Below are positions 62,789 to 64,000 of a stretch of 64,000 nucleotides of DNA, one piece after another. The notes beneath the pieces are model-generated. The model was not told where the DNA came from, ran no database searches, and saw only the letters and a list, made by a program, of their open reading frames with translations. Position 1 is the stretch's first letter, and each line of letters starts with the position of its first letter. Source of the DNA: Paramoeba atlantica (Eukaryota; Protista; Discosea); the NCBI GenBank assembly GCA_977017575.1, contig CDRNVI010000149.1:124001-188000 (forward strand), read 5' to 3'. The position numbers and the translations under genes are program-made.

Positions 62789-64000
62789 TCAGCGAAAACC
62801 TGAATTGAAGCCCTTGACTAAAAATAGCGCGTTATTTTTTAGCGCTCTACTTTTTTTTTCGTTTGTTTCTGTTTTTTTTTTTGCGTTTTGTTGTTTTTTT
62901 GTGGTGGGCGAGAGGAGAAGAGAGCGCTCTCTTCTTTCTGTTTGTTTTTGTTTGTTTTTGTTTTGTTTTGTGTGTTATTTGTTTTGTTTGTTTTGCCAAT
63001 CTCACCAACCACCATCACGCAGTTTTGTGGTGGTGTGTGTTTTGTGTTTTTTTGTGTTGTGTGAGGGTTTGTTCTTCTCCTCACACCCCCTCCGCCCCCT
63101 TCTCTCTCTCTCACCTCATCTTTTAACACACAGAGGAGAGAGGAGAAGGGAAAAAGAACCTCTCTCTCTCTTTGATGAAGGGAAATGAAAAGCAAAGAAT
63201 GCGAAAAGAGGTGGTTTGTGTCTCTCTCTTCCTCTCCTTTTTCTCTCAAACACACTTCTCTTCTCTCGCACTCCTGACCATTTTTTCCCCCTTTCTCTCT
63301 CTCTTTCCCCTCTCTCTCTCTTTCCCCTCTTTCTTTTCTCTCTTCCCTTTCCTTCACACAGTTTTCAAGGGAACAAAACATAAAAGTGGGGGAAAAAGGG
63401 TGGTGTTTTGTTTCACCCATATAAAAGACAAATATTAGGGAACACGACAATCGAAAGTGGAGGGATAGTGGGTGAAAGGGGGAGAGAAAATCACCAGAGA
63501 GACATCCAATAGAGAGAGTGATGTTTGTGGTGGATGATCTCTCTTCTCTTTTTGGCCCTCTTGAGACGACGATCTTGTGTGTGTGTGTTCTGAGGAGAGG
63601 CCTTTCTTCGAGCGTGTTTTGGCGATGATGGTGTAGTGTTTGGTGGATACTTCTCTTTTGAAAATGTTGGTTATTCATGAAGAACTTTACCGCTGATATA
63701 TGTTTCTGCTCTCTCTCTCTCTCCTTTCCCAAAAAATCCATGTTTGGTGTTGTTGGTGTGTGATTAGACCCTCTCTCCTCCCTCCTCTCTCTCTCTCCCC
63801 ACTCTCGCTGCTGCGCCTTATTCCTCTGTTTCTTATCATTTTTTTGAGGAGTAAAAGCTCTTTCTTCTTAGCTTTCTTCTTTTGGAGGGTTCCTTTTGGA
63901 TTGGTGACAGTGATATTGGATCGGATCTCTCTCCTCTTCTTTAAGTGGTATGTCCTATCATAATGAAATCAAATGTCTTCTTTCTCGAAAAAAATGTGAC

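Overview
Eukaryotic nuclear DNA (standard code, short GT-AG introns, 5S/tRNA Pol III genes, extreme poly-T/poly-A low complexity; probably a protist, which is an inference). Layout: (1) 1-11.7 kb, an apparently invariant 381-bp dimeric satellite (195+186 bp, ~30.6 copies); (2) 12.7-15.7 kb, CpG-depleted remnants of a Ty1/copia and a chromodomain-bearing Ty3/gypsy element; (3) 17.5-26 kb, cofilin, a PB1/coiled-coil gene, 5S rDNA and a decayed one-LRR-per-exon gene; (4) 26.8-30.6 kb, an Hsp70 3' fragment abutting a Gag-protease-double-chromodomain element with no RT or integrase; (5) 31.4-40 kb, tRNA-Arg, 5S, a PB1 paralog, an internally deleted 5S and tri-ubiquitin, repeated almost base-for-base at 55.3-64 kb; (6) 43.3-54 kb, tRNA-Lys followed by three intron-containing decayed DDE transposases (hAT/P-clade-like, Transib/RAG1-like, piggyBac), two of them tail-to-tail with unknown ORFs. 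A ~50-bp hairpin family with compensatory stem changes recurs downstream of 5S and PB1 genes. Most ORF-track entries are low-complexity artefacts. All protein family calls are by-eye motif recognition; no searches were run.
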